The position numbers and the translations under genes were made by a program. A DNA stretch of 63,533 nt, filler included, from Sluysia triapertura (taxonomy: Eukaryota): the NCBI GenBank assembly GCA_046118255.1. It is 4 parts of 4 records of this genome, joined end to end, with 100 filler letters (N's around TTAATTAATTAA, not from the genome) between each part and the next. Parts side by side here need not be neighbours in the genome. Positions count along the whole stretch, not along the records: positions 52,704 to 63,533 come from JBJNIA010192905.1; 3 more parts are not named here. The stretch is one strand, 5' to 3'. This document shows positions 52,704 to 63,533 of this stretch, in pieces. How positions within the stretch are numbered: the stretch's first letter is position 1; every line of letters starts with the position of its first letter. Below the pieces are notes generated by a model. It did not search any database and had not been told where the DNA came from. It worked only from the letters and a program-made list of their open reading frames with translations.

Positions 52704-53637
52704 CAGTTCATTATAATACCTTATCTTAGTTCTTTAATAACGTTCAACTTATTATATTATTCCAAGTTTTGACCCTTATACCAACCCTTATTCTTCACTA
52801 ATCCCAACACAGTTAATAAATAAGCAGTGAAAATTATAATTTTCCTCTATTATGATTTAATTTAAAATAATCTTTCACTGAAAAAACAGAAAATATATAG
52901 TAAACTTAAAATCTTTTAATAAAAGGAAATTTACGTTCATTTTGTAGAATCGATCAGATAAGTTATAATACAAAAGAATTTAAGTTAAATTTCAATGTCC
53001 TTAATATTTTTAAACATTAAGTTTAATCGAATACTTGAATTTTCATACCAAAACATGACGAGTTATTAGTTGTTTAATTAATAAAGAAAACAGATATTTT
53101 GCGAGGAAAAATTCTAAATTAAGTATGAACCGCCAAAATTATGGTTTAAAAGACTTTAAATTTTTTTCAAAAGTTTAACTTAATTAAGAAGGTAACAGTA
53201 ACAATTTACCTAGGTATTCATTTTTCTGAGCACATAATTCCGCAAGAACTTTAAATTAAATACGTATTTTAACAATAAAATCGAACATTGAAAATACTAC
53301 ATCATTGTAAAACGGTATGTAAAATCCTTGGGTGTAAATGTGACCAGGATCAAATTTCTCATAACACAAATATATTTAAAATATTTTAATAATACTAAAA
53401 GTCATTACATTTGTTAGATTAATTGAATATAATTAAAGTAATAACTTTAACTATAAATTGTGCAATATTCATGATAAATAGCAATGTAGATCATATTAAA
53501 AATTTTCAACATTTTTATTTTAATGTTAAAAAATAGTGAATGTACGGAAATATGATATTTTTTATAAAATAATTTTAAATAATTGTGATTTTTATTATGA
53601 ATTATTTTTGTTTAAATTCTATTTTAAAATATCATAA

Positions 53638-56600
53638 ATGACTTGCAATAGAAAAATATATTCATGCGAAAAGCTGAGAGAGCTTTATATTTGTCCACTG
53701 GAAATTCCAAGATATTTAATAGGTTTTCCTTACTTATATAGTAATATAGAATATGAAAATTGGTGTTTAAAAGCTTTTAAGAAAATCGATAGTAAAAACT
53801 TATGTCCATCGTATTCTTTTGATGTTGTGGATAGATTCAGGACAGAAAGTAACCATTCAAGTGAAAAGGATGATACAAATCGCTATTATGATAAGTTAAT
53901 GTTTTTTATCATTATTTAAAATATTACAGTAAATATAGATACCAAAATAAAAATCATAATCGTAATTTGAGTCAATCCGGAGTTGGTGATAATGAAGAGG
54001 GTGGTTCTACAAATGAAGCTAATGTTTGGAAAATATGTGGAGCGCAAAAACATACTTCGTCAAAGCCTCACGATCAGACTTTTTATGGTAGCGAAAATCA
54101 TTGGAAAAAATGGAATGCAAGCGAATATGGAGCCCATAAAAGTCATTATCGATCTAAGCAGGTACGTATTCTTTGTGAGTAATTTAATTTTAGTTTAAAA
54201 ATATGGATTGGACTAGAAAGAACTTTAATTCTAAATTTAAACCTGATTATACCACTAAAACTCATACCAATAACGTTGAAGAAATTTGGCAAGATGATTT
54301 TGATACAGAAATGGAAACAAAGTTGCAGCATGTTGAAGATGAAGAAATTGAAAATATGAACTTACCTGAATCAACAATTGTAAGTACTTTATTCAAGTTA
54401 TTTTGTATTTTTAACTATTTATCCTCAAGTTGTAGTTTACTATTAATATTTTATTTTGCTAATGAAAGCATACGTGATGTACTAATAGTGGGAGTACAAT
54501 TTTGATAAAGCTTTTATGCATTTTATTTTTATAGTGGAAAAATATTCTTGAAAATATTATGATTTAATGCCGAATTACTTGAAGTTTAATAATGTGAATA
54601 AAAAAAGTAACATAAAAACGATCTTATTGTGTCATATGGAGTGTAATATTCACTTTGTTGATTGGATTATGTACAATGATTTATTAACTAAAATTCCTAT
54701 AAGATTATTATTCTATCGTTTTCCGAATTTAGTGATTTTTTATAAACTTATTGAATTCATTTCATTTTTGTGTAATAACTTTTAGCCCAAAACTCCTATC
54801 GATGAATTTAATTCAGTTCCACCATCAGCTGAAGAATATTCAGCAGTATTGTTAGAAAAATCTAAGAATATGTGGTATTATAAAGATCTTTCTAATAAAG
54901 AACAAGGACCTTATGAGTCAAACGTTATGGCAAATTGGTTTGCAACAGGTCATTTCAATTCTGCTACATTTGTTAGACGAGAATGTGATGAACTATACTT
55001 TTTAATTGCTGAATATCGTGCAATGTACAGACGAATTCCATTTACAGATGGACCAACTATATCTCAAATATTATCCACAACAAAATTGGATTTCGTGGAT
55101 CCAAAAGAATTGATTGCAGGTGTAGACGAATCTTTAGTTCCTATAGTAAGTTGTTGATGCTCACTTGATGTTATTCGGATAATTTATTTATAAATCGCAT
55201 TTAAAATATGATCCATAAATATTGATTAAGAATTAAAAATTTCTAAAAAGGTAGTAGAAATAATAATGTAATACGATAGACTTAGTAAATGAAAATAGTT
55301 ATTTTAGTGAAAATTTAAATATTTTTATAAAATATTAATTAATGCTCAGTAACTTAAATACATATGCTCTGATTTTTAATAATAACAACATTGAATTATC
55401 AATTGCAAACATTTTTTGGTATTTGTTTTGAGAACGTTTAATATTTTGTTTTAACCAGACAAATTAAAAGCTAGTTCTGATGAAACCGGATCCGTGAAAA
55501 TCAAAACAACGTGCACGTCGAGATATGCATTAAAATTGTTCACCATATGAATAATATAATCTTTGAAAATCTGTAATAATATTGAAATATTATTATCTCG
55601 AAAATGAGTCTAAGAAGAAACTACGAAAAAATAAATTGGACTTTTGCCACTATTATTTCTAAAAGAATAATTAAATAGTTAATTTATTTTAAAATAATTT
55701 AATATAACTAAATTAAAAAGTTATGTAAATATATATATTATAAATTTTAAGTTATATTTATTAGCTCTTTCCGAAAAATCTCCAAAAATGAAAATTATAA
55801 ATCTTTCTGATAAATGCCGAAGAATAAAGATTTAGAATAATTTGTGAAATATTCAAATTAAACTTGAGAGACTGAGAAACTGTGAACTTTAATTTTAGTA
55901 AGTGAAATTATAAAATTTTGAGCTTTTGTGATTAGTTAGTGGCTTTTATACCTTTTTTTGCGCATTACTAGTTATATTAATATTTGTACTTTATAAATCT
56001 AATAAAATTTGGACAATTTTTAAAGTTTATTTTTCCACATAAAACTAAAAAATAAAATACGATTAACTAAAATAAAAATAATACTAATAAAACTAATATT
56101 TACAATAAAACTATCAATTGTAATAATTAATTTTAAATATTTCAATATTTTACGTATAATTACATAAGACAAATATAACACGAATATAAATATTATTTAA
56201 AATAAGTTCTACATGATTAAATAAGTATTACACAACATTACAATACCATTGTTAAAATCTATGTTATTAGTTATCAATGAATGAATAATTAGTTTAGCAG
56301 TTTCTTTATCAATAAATTTTCGAATATTTGACATTTTCTTTAATTGATGTTTACACCTTTTAACAATACAATTAATATTTTCTTCCACGTTAATTTTTGA
56401 AATAAAAGCCTTTATTTTTTACTTTTAGTTTCTATCTTACTACAATTAACTTTGTTTCGTTTATTTTAGTATTGTCGCTATTTTTATTACTGAAGATTAT
56501 AAATTCTGATTTTTCTTAATTGATTTTCAATTCAGATACTAGTTATTCTGTTATTTGATTAGTATTTTCTATGTTATTCATTTCCAATTCATTATATATT

Positions 56601-59600
56601 TGAATATCATCAGCATACACATTCTATTTAAAACCAAATGATTCAATATATTATAAACAATAATAAAACAAGTATTGATCCCTGATGAACTCCTCCATGC
56701 TTTACATATACGAGTTTAATTTTAACAATGTATTTTTATACAAAAGATTAGAGAAAAAGTTAGTATTACTAAAAATACTAATTAGAAAATACACATTTAT
56801 ATCATTTTTCTTAACCAATTTAGATTTGCAAATTGTTAAATAAAACGAGAAAATTTTTGTTATGTATACAAAATTCCATAAAAAAAATGGGGAATGGATT
56901 CCATACAGAAAGAGTTTGGATTTCTTACTTTCGGTTCCAAGGCCATTACCACTATTCATTTGAACGTTTCTACTAAGTATTATAATAGCAAGACGTCTAA
57001 CCATTCGCTCTAAATTTGTACTAACTTAATATGAGTAAAAATTTTTTGAATTGTAAATAAATAAATGTATCTGTTAGTTTGCTGATAGCTAAAATTTCGA
57101 GGTAGGAAACATAAATAGCATATTACAGTAAGTCGCTAAATAATCCGCTTGATGAATTACATGGTTTTGATTATTTAACAAATATTCGCCTATTACAGAT
57201 AAGTGTTTCTTAGGTGAATTTTTATAAATATCATGATAATGGTGACTCGTAAATCATATTTGATTGCTTTATATCAGAATTGATTTCCTATTTTTTGTAT
57301 CTGAAATTTTTGTTGCATTTCGAGGTGGAAAACATAAATAGCATGGAATAATATGTTGCTAAATAATTTGCTTGGATCGTGAGTTGGTTTTGATTATTTG
57401 ACAAATATTCACCTAATAAGGACAAATGCTTATTAGGTGAATTTTGTAAATATCGCGTTTTTTTGTGGTAGTATCAAAAATAAATTGTGAAAACTACAAA
57501 TTTTAGTAGTGCATATGTAATGCAGATTTCGCAACTTTTGACGTTGCGGTATTTTAAGTTATTAAAATTTTATTAATTTCTTTATATTCATAATGTAATA
57601 TCATATTACAGTTATTAACTTTGTAACATTATTTACCATTCTTATACTAACGGGGTTATTAAAAATGGTTTCATCAAATAACAATTGCTTTACATTATTT
57701 GTAATGTTGCTTATATGCTGTTCCTTACTTGCATTTTTACTACATGTTCAATACCTTTTTAATGACTTTAATTTGTTTCAGTAGCACTTGTAAACTCGGT
57801 GGTATCCAGAAGAAAGGAGTAAGAGTGAGAAAGAGTATTATGCTAATGAATGAAGGGAAGTTGAAGTTGTGTACGAAAGTGATGATAGTTATGAGAAAGA
57901 GAAATTACAGTTGAATTATATAAATTTCATTTTTTTGAGAATTTTAGAGCTTGCAAATATTGATATTAAATGTATGAAATGATATTAAGCGATTTAGGTG
58001 TTGTGTGGTTGTATTAAGAAAAGTTAGAATTTTGAATAAATTAGTTGGGTCGCCATAACATATACTTCATTATTCAATAAAACGTATTCCTTCTAAGTAT
58101 GATTCAAACCATTTTATTGTATTAAATGAGACACATTTTTGGAGATCACAAAGTAATATCCCATGATCAAGTGTATCACAAGCAGCAGACATATCTAACA
58201 AAATCATCAAAATACATTTATTGTTATTGCAATAATTTATTCTTAAAATAGTCTTTTCTGTTGAGCTTATTTTCATCTGTGAACTTTGACAACTGTTATA
58301 AACCTGCTTTTTCAATCAATTTTGATAACATAGTTATATTTGACATGAGTAACGGATCACCATGTTTTAGATGAGGTAATTCAACTGATACTTTTTCATT
58401 TGATGGAAATTTTAGACTAATGAATTATTAATAATTTTCAATAAAGCCGGAATAACAGAAAGTTAAAGGATTAAAGATAAGCTAGATTTTATTATAAAAG
58501 AAATAAACGATATAACATTACATTTAAAGTTATTTTTATTGTTTTAGAGTTTTATCCAAAATTTTATGTACCGCCTTATCTTCCAATGTTAAGTTATGAA
58601 GTATACTTAATGAAATTAATTAATTAAAAATACTGAGCAATAAATTACAGCCTAATTGTGATACTATTCTCTCGGCAGTTATTATATGAAATTTATGATC
58701 ACAAATTTATTAATCCTTTGAAATTAAGAAATATTTAAAAGTAATATCATTGCATACATTTATTTGACGCCACTTATATATGGTAAGAATTCTCATAGTT
58801 TTAAATGATTTACTAATTTAAAATAACCATAAAACGCTCAATTATACTTACTTTATATATAACATTCAGTTTCATTAGCCTACTTATTTTAATTAACTTG
58901 TTAAATAGATCGTTTAGATACAAATTTGTTTGCTGAAAGATTAAATTTTTGACAATTGATAAAATGATGTTATTTAATAAATATAATTCATAAATTTTTT
59001 ATTTTGAAAATTTCAGCTTTATTAGTTCTTTCTAGTTCAGCACATATAAAATCGATGTTTATACACAGTAAAAATGTGCTTCTGAGTTTGTGAGTCATCA
59101 GGATGAAATTGGTTGAAAACTTACAAATATGAGGAATAAAAACATTAATAGTGTAAATGTCTGTCTGATAGTAATAATGCAGTGTCTAATATAATACATG
59201 CACAATAGTATCGATCTGTTTATTGTGCATAAGAGTATGATAGTATAAATCTGTAAAATATGTAATGTCTAATATAGAAAAATGAAGTTATTTACTAAAT
59301 TAATTATATGAAGATTATTATAGAAGTTATAGGCTGAAATTTAATTCCACAAAAATTATTATGCAAAGAGACGTTTTTTTAAAAATGAGGATAAACGATT
59401 ATCTATCAGATTTACGAGAAGATTTTTGTAGAAACTTGAATATTGCGCAATAAATTTTTGCGATACTCGAAGACTTATATTTTCATATTGATACAGACAT
59501 ACATTGAATATAATTGTGGAAAAACTTTCAACTCTATTATATTGAAATTAACTTTAAACTAATTATTATAATCATTTATTTTATAAATCGTAAACTGTTA

Positions 59601-61323
59601 TTAATAAATTTTCTTTATTGTTAAAGACTTATTTAATTTCGAGACACAAAAAGATTATTTGGATTTAAAATTCATTAAACACTTACATCTCCGATTTACG
59701 AGTGTTTAAAATAAATTGAAAATTAAAGTAAAAGTTCTATTACAACTAATTTGAACGTGAACAAGAGTAATTACTCAGGTATTACGAATTTAAATTAAGA
59801 TAGGATAAACAATAAAATGTTGTGATTACGAGTAATTGAAACAATATTGTCTATTCATTTGCTATATAGACGGCATGTTAATGTTAATGGATTTCTGGAA
59901 GGTGTGTTTTGCAGCATTATCGGAATTAAATTCTTTTCCTATTAAAAAGAAGGTCCAAATTGTGGAAGAAGTGGCAATCAGCGGAGGCTAGGTCTGGTAA
60001 AGAAGGTCCAACTCCAATTCTTGTATTTTTGTCACAGTTTGCGCAGCGTGTGGTCCATCTTTATGCAATAAAAGAGAAATCGCTCTGTTATTAATCTGTT
60101 TTTTAACTTTTGCATCATTTTGTCCATTTGCAGTATATTTCTGTTGCGATCGATGCACGTTTGCATGAAATCATAATGGTACACACGTGAACTAGACTAC
60201 CAAATACTCACGATCCATTTTTTTGATGAATATTGAGATTTGGAATGTGTTTTGATGATGAACGTTTGCGATTGTCATTAAATCAGATTAAGCATCAAGC
60301 AAGTTTCCAAAGGCTTTTCAATAAGTTCATATGGAACCCATTTATCCAACTCTGCCACTTTGTGATATGGATCAGATTCAACAGTGATCTTTAGATCGTC
60401 ATTATTGATTCTGGACAATCGCGAACCAATTTGATCCTCTCTGCTGCCTAGTAACACGAGCCAAATACACTTAATGTTTCATGCGGTCTCAGATATTGCA
60501 GTTCCACCTATCAACTTCACTGTTCCATGTTTAACAAAATTCATTTTTAAAAAAGTTAATATTTTTTAGTTTATACTGATTTCTTTAATCAGTCAAATAA
60601 TAAGCTGTTGGTTACATTAAGTACAAATTTCATCATGGCGAATATAATAATACATTTTTATGAAAATGAAATGTAGCAACAAAAAAAATGACAGTAATAT
60701 TTCTTAGATTGTGAAAATATATACGATTAAGCTCTTTATTTTAATATTAAATTTCTTTAGATTTTGTCTCAGTCTAAAATTTGTTCAAAAGTTCGATCTA
60801 TACAATTGCCACCAAGTATTCCATCAGGTACTATTCCTATTCTTCCAGTACCAAGTGTACAACCTCAAATTATTTCAAATGTAACATCAATTGTTCAAGT
60901 CCCTGTTTCACAAACATCTACACATTTACCGTCTCCGGCAACTCAGCCAAACACACTTGATGAAAATCAGAAAAGATTCGAAGAAATGGAAAGAAAGTTG
61001 CGAGAAAAAGAAGAAATGTTAAAGAAAAAGGAAGAAGAAATGCTTTTACAAATGCAAGAAATTCAAAATCAAAAGCAGATTTTGGAAAAGAAAGAAACAA
61101 CATTGCTAAAAAGCAACTTCATAAATGATGATATCACAGAAAAGGAAACACCAATAAATTCTGAGATTGCCCTTAATGTAACATTACGCGAATCTCAAAT
61201 AAAAAATGTTAAAGATACATCCAAAAAACAAAGTAAAACACCAGAAAATAATTTAGAAGTATCAGATGACTGGCTTAAATTCGATGCTAACCGAATGAAA
61301 AAGAAACAAAAAAACCGTCAAAA
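53638..61323 (+). CDS. GIGYF: GIGYF/PERQ-family GYF-domain protein, 5' portion
   Basis: Exons 53638-53894, 53930-54161, 54194-54379, 54786-55145 and 60761-61323 splice in frame through GT-AG introns of 35, 32, 406 and about 5600 nt. GYF signature WYYKD..EQGPY...MANWFATGHF. N-terminal KIYSCEKLRELY resembles the 4EHP-binding YRYGREEMLALF motif. A Pro-rich region and an E/K/Q coiled coil follow. Confidence 0.8.
56711..58060 (-). mobile_element. Solo-LTR-like non-coding insertion with TATA target duplication
   Basis: tata flanks both ends. The minus strand begins TGTTATGGCGACCC. Removing the insert restores the LINE reading NEVYVKHGGVHQG. The other end (..ctcg) is not a clean CA. Confidence 0.55.
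57095..57455. repeat. Diverged direct repeat (about 140 bp shared, about 223-bp period) with hairpins
   Basis: tttcgaggt.g.aaacataaatagcat...gctaaataat...tggttttgattattt.acaaatattc.ccta...taggtgaatttt occurs at about 57095 and 57318. Confidence 0.8.
59850..60545 (-). mobile_element. Decayed mariner transposase in the large GIGYF intron
   Basis: Minus strand gives LDKWVPYELIE (WVPHEL motif) and SLPDLASADCHFFHNLD (YSPDLAPSDYHLF motif), with stops and frameshifts between them. Confidence 0.78.
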
Positions 61324-62399
61324 GTTTGTTTTTTAATTATTTGCATGAAAAATTGAATTTTATTTCCAATAATCCTTCACCAAAGCTTCTTGGGTTATTC
61401 TGAAAGTTTAATCTTAGCGAAGGATGCACAAGAAAAATTAAAGAAATGAGTTTTACGGTTTTTAGGGTTAAATATTTTTATATTACTAATAGACTAAAGT
61501 AATTTAACTAAACTTTATTTCCTTGCTAAATCGAGTTTTCCTATTATGATTTTTCAACAACATACTCTTGTCTAAGAAAACAAAAAATTGCGAGTGTTTA
61601 AAGATAACATGTTCGATGTGATCATTAAATTTGAATTATATTTCATATTTAGTATAGTCCTTATCAAAATTTATTTCTTCATTATCCATTTTGAAATTAA
61701 TCCAATTGCAAGTCTTGTTTTATTCATTAATTATTTAAAAAAATTATTTACATCTAAATTTAGTATTTGTAATATTTTTGTTACATTTACTGAAATTGTA
61801 CAATGACTTAAGTAGTTCTTGAATAATTTCGTGATTATGGTTTTTGTGTTTCATGAATAAATAATGATTTTGGAGCAGTTTTTATGTCATTCTTTCATTT
61901 GTTCTTTATTTTTTATCCTTTTTTGTTTCACTTACCAGAAATCCATTTGGAAGCGATTCCTTGGGCATAAGTTTTGCTTTTAAATGTAATCACCGTCTAT
62001 GTTGACTTAATTTGTTATCATCTATTACTAAGGACCTTTATTGATAAAAATTGATTATTTTTTATTGAGAACTATTATTAACATATTTCATTATAAATTT
62101 CATTAAGAAAAATGCTTTAAACTTTTTGAAATATAATAATAAGCCGTACAAAAGACTAAATTTTTGTATTTTTCAAATTAATCCCAAAAACTTTCTGTAT
62201 ATGCCACTTGTAATGCTCGCATGTTTCATTCTATGTCTTCTAGTGTCACTTGATCAGATCGGAAACTAATATGATTGATATTGGAAACATTGACCATATT
62301 AATAGATGAATATTGCACTAAAGACTAACTAGCCAAACGTCATAAAAGATTGTTTATTCTCTCGCGATGTCCACTGGTATCTGCTGGATGATTAACAAA

Positions 62400-63500
62400 A
62401 TCTTTAAATTCATTGACTCTGACAATATTTACATCTTCTAACATACTTTAAACATTCACCGGTTGGTGTAGTTGCATACGGGCAGAGTGCCATCTTATGT
62501 TTGTTCTCACTAACGTAACTTGATAGAATTATGTATAGAGGTTTGTTACAACGATAAAATGACTTTAAACGATCAATTTTGAATTCACATTCGATACTTT
62601 TGACTTAAACGATGGAACTTTATTTGTCATGACAAATGAATCGACATCTAATATGTAGAACGATAGGAATACATTAATAGGTATTAGTATAATTTGATCC
62701 TCAATCTCTCGATACTTACATCTAGCTTTGTCATTCTATAATTCATTTATAACTATGATCATAATTTTTTTATTGCTCTTATTCAAAGTAGACATTGCTT
62801 TTAATTGATATATATATAGGTTGGTGTGATTAAATTTTTAAACTAATGTTTTGTTCTGATACTAAATTAATATAGATTTCATTATCTTTATCATTTAAAG
62901 AGTTTTTAACATTCGACAATGCTACACGCAATCTATGAGACACTATGTTTGGCAATGTTATTTATTGAATAATTGCTTAGCACTTTAAAATGTAGAAATA
63001 CCACGCGTCCGTACTTGAATCCATCATCTTTCATTTGCTTATTGTTAACGGAACAACCAATACAAATGAACTTTAAATCATCCTTCATTCGGAAGTCTAG
63101 TACATTATTTCTATTGGCATATTTGAATGGCATATAATGAAGAGTTAAATATTTTATTAAAATACATTGTTGAAAAGTCTGTATTATAATATTTTGAAAC
63201 ATTTAATCTATTCAATGTTAACATTAAATAGTTATTAAGTAATGTTATTCTCTGGTACTTTTTGTTGTATAGGTGCAAATAATTCTGAGCTAAAAATAAA
63301 AATAAATTATCAAAAAATTGATATTTTCCATGTTGATTGGACCTCCAATCCTGATTAGTGAGATAAAAATAGAGAAATAGACTTGATTGATTTGGATTAT
63401 GGAGGTTGGTACCTTGCCATAATTTAAGAAGTAATATTCTCGGCACCATTTTAAGGGTGGTTTAGTAGATTTGATATACAAATTTAAAGTTTTGGTTTGT
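62400..63500 (-). mobile_element. Heavily decayed LTR-retrotransposon RNase H/integrase remnant
   Basis: Scattered resemblance only: KPPLKW, SNQHGK, ICIGCSVNN (CxxC), TSIHNSI, in the expected order. Confidence 0.35.
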
Positions 63501-63533
63501 TTGGAGGGCTTATAATTATTATGTAGATTTAAG

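Larger units (their letters stand above)
56400..58400 (-). mobile_element. L2/CR1-like LINE reverse transcriptase remnant, split by a 1.35-kb insertion
   Basis: STEKTILRI...ILLDMSAACDTLDHGILL...KWFESYL (58070-58315). After the insertion come GVHQGSILVLLLFIIY and VYADDIQIY (about 56590-56710). Outer limits are approximate. Confidence 0.8.

Noticed and set aside
55478-55500. Hammerhead-like CTGATGA...GAAA (also at 27863 and on the minus strand near 39460)
   Set aside because: No convincing stem II or stem III, or the core boxes are broken.

Overview
Very AT-rich eukaryotic (probably invertebrate animal) genomic DNA. It is not one locus: three artificial 100-nt spacers (N44-TTAATTAATTAA-N44) join four unrelated pieces (1-17943, 18044-29099, 29200-52603, 52704-63533), and there is one ordinary scaffold gap (29977-30110). 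Supported genes are (i) part of a multi-exon, all-phase-0 long coiled-coil protein gene (+, 1083-12863), (ii) an intronless 475-aa Lys/Ser-rich orphan gene nested antisense in one of its introns (4131-5558), (iii) two exons of an unidentified Ser/Asn-rich protein (36285-37615) and (iv) the 5' part of a GIGYF/PERQ-type GYF-domain gene with 32- and 35-nt introns (53638-61323). The rest is mostly transposon remains: a young-looking Buster-type hAT 5' end, two copies of a Tc1 deletion derivative, mariner, a piggyBac-type MITE, L2/CR1-like LINE pieces, Ty3/gypsy pieces and solo-LTR-like repeats. There are also broken host-gene fragments (6-phosphogluconolactonase, STE24 protease, LamG-like exon) and the 3' half of a U6 snRNA. 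I cannot support a clearly new multi-gene system. The best leads are the nested basic orphan gene, the U6 3'-half copy with altered ACAGAGA/AGC, a hairpin-rich 1.35-kb insertion inside a LINE, a GC-rich disrupted orphan ORF, the cluster of host-gene fragments and a degenerate hammerhead core. All homology calls come from motif recognition by eye, not from searches.
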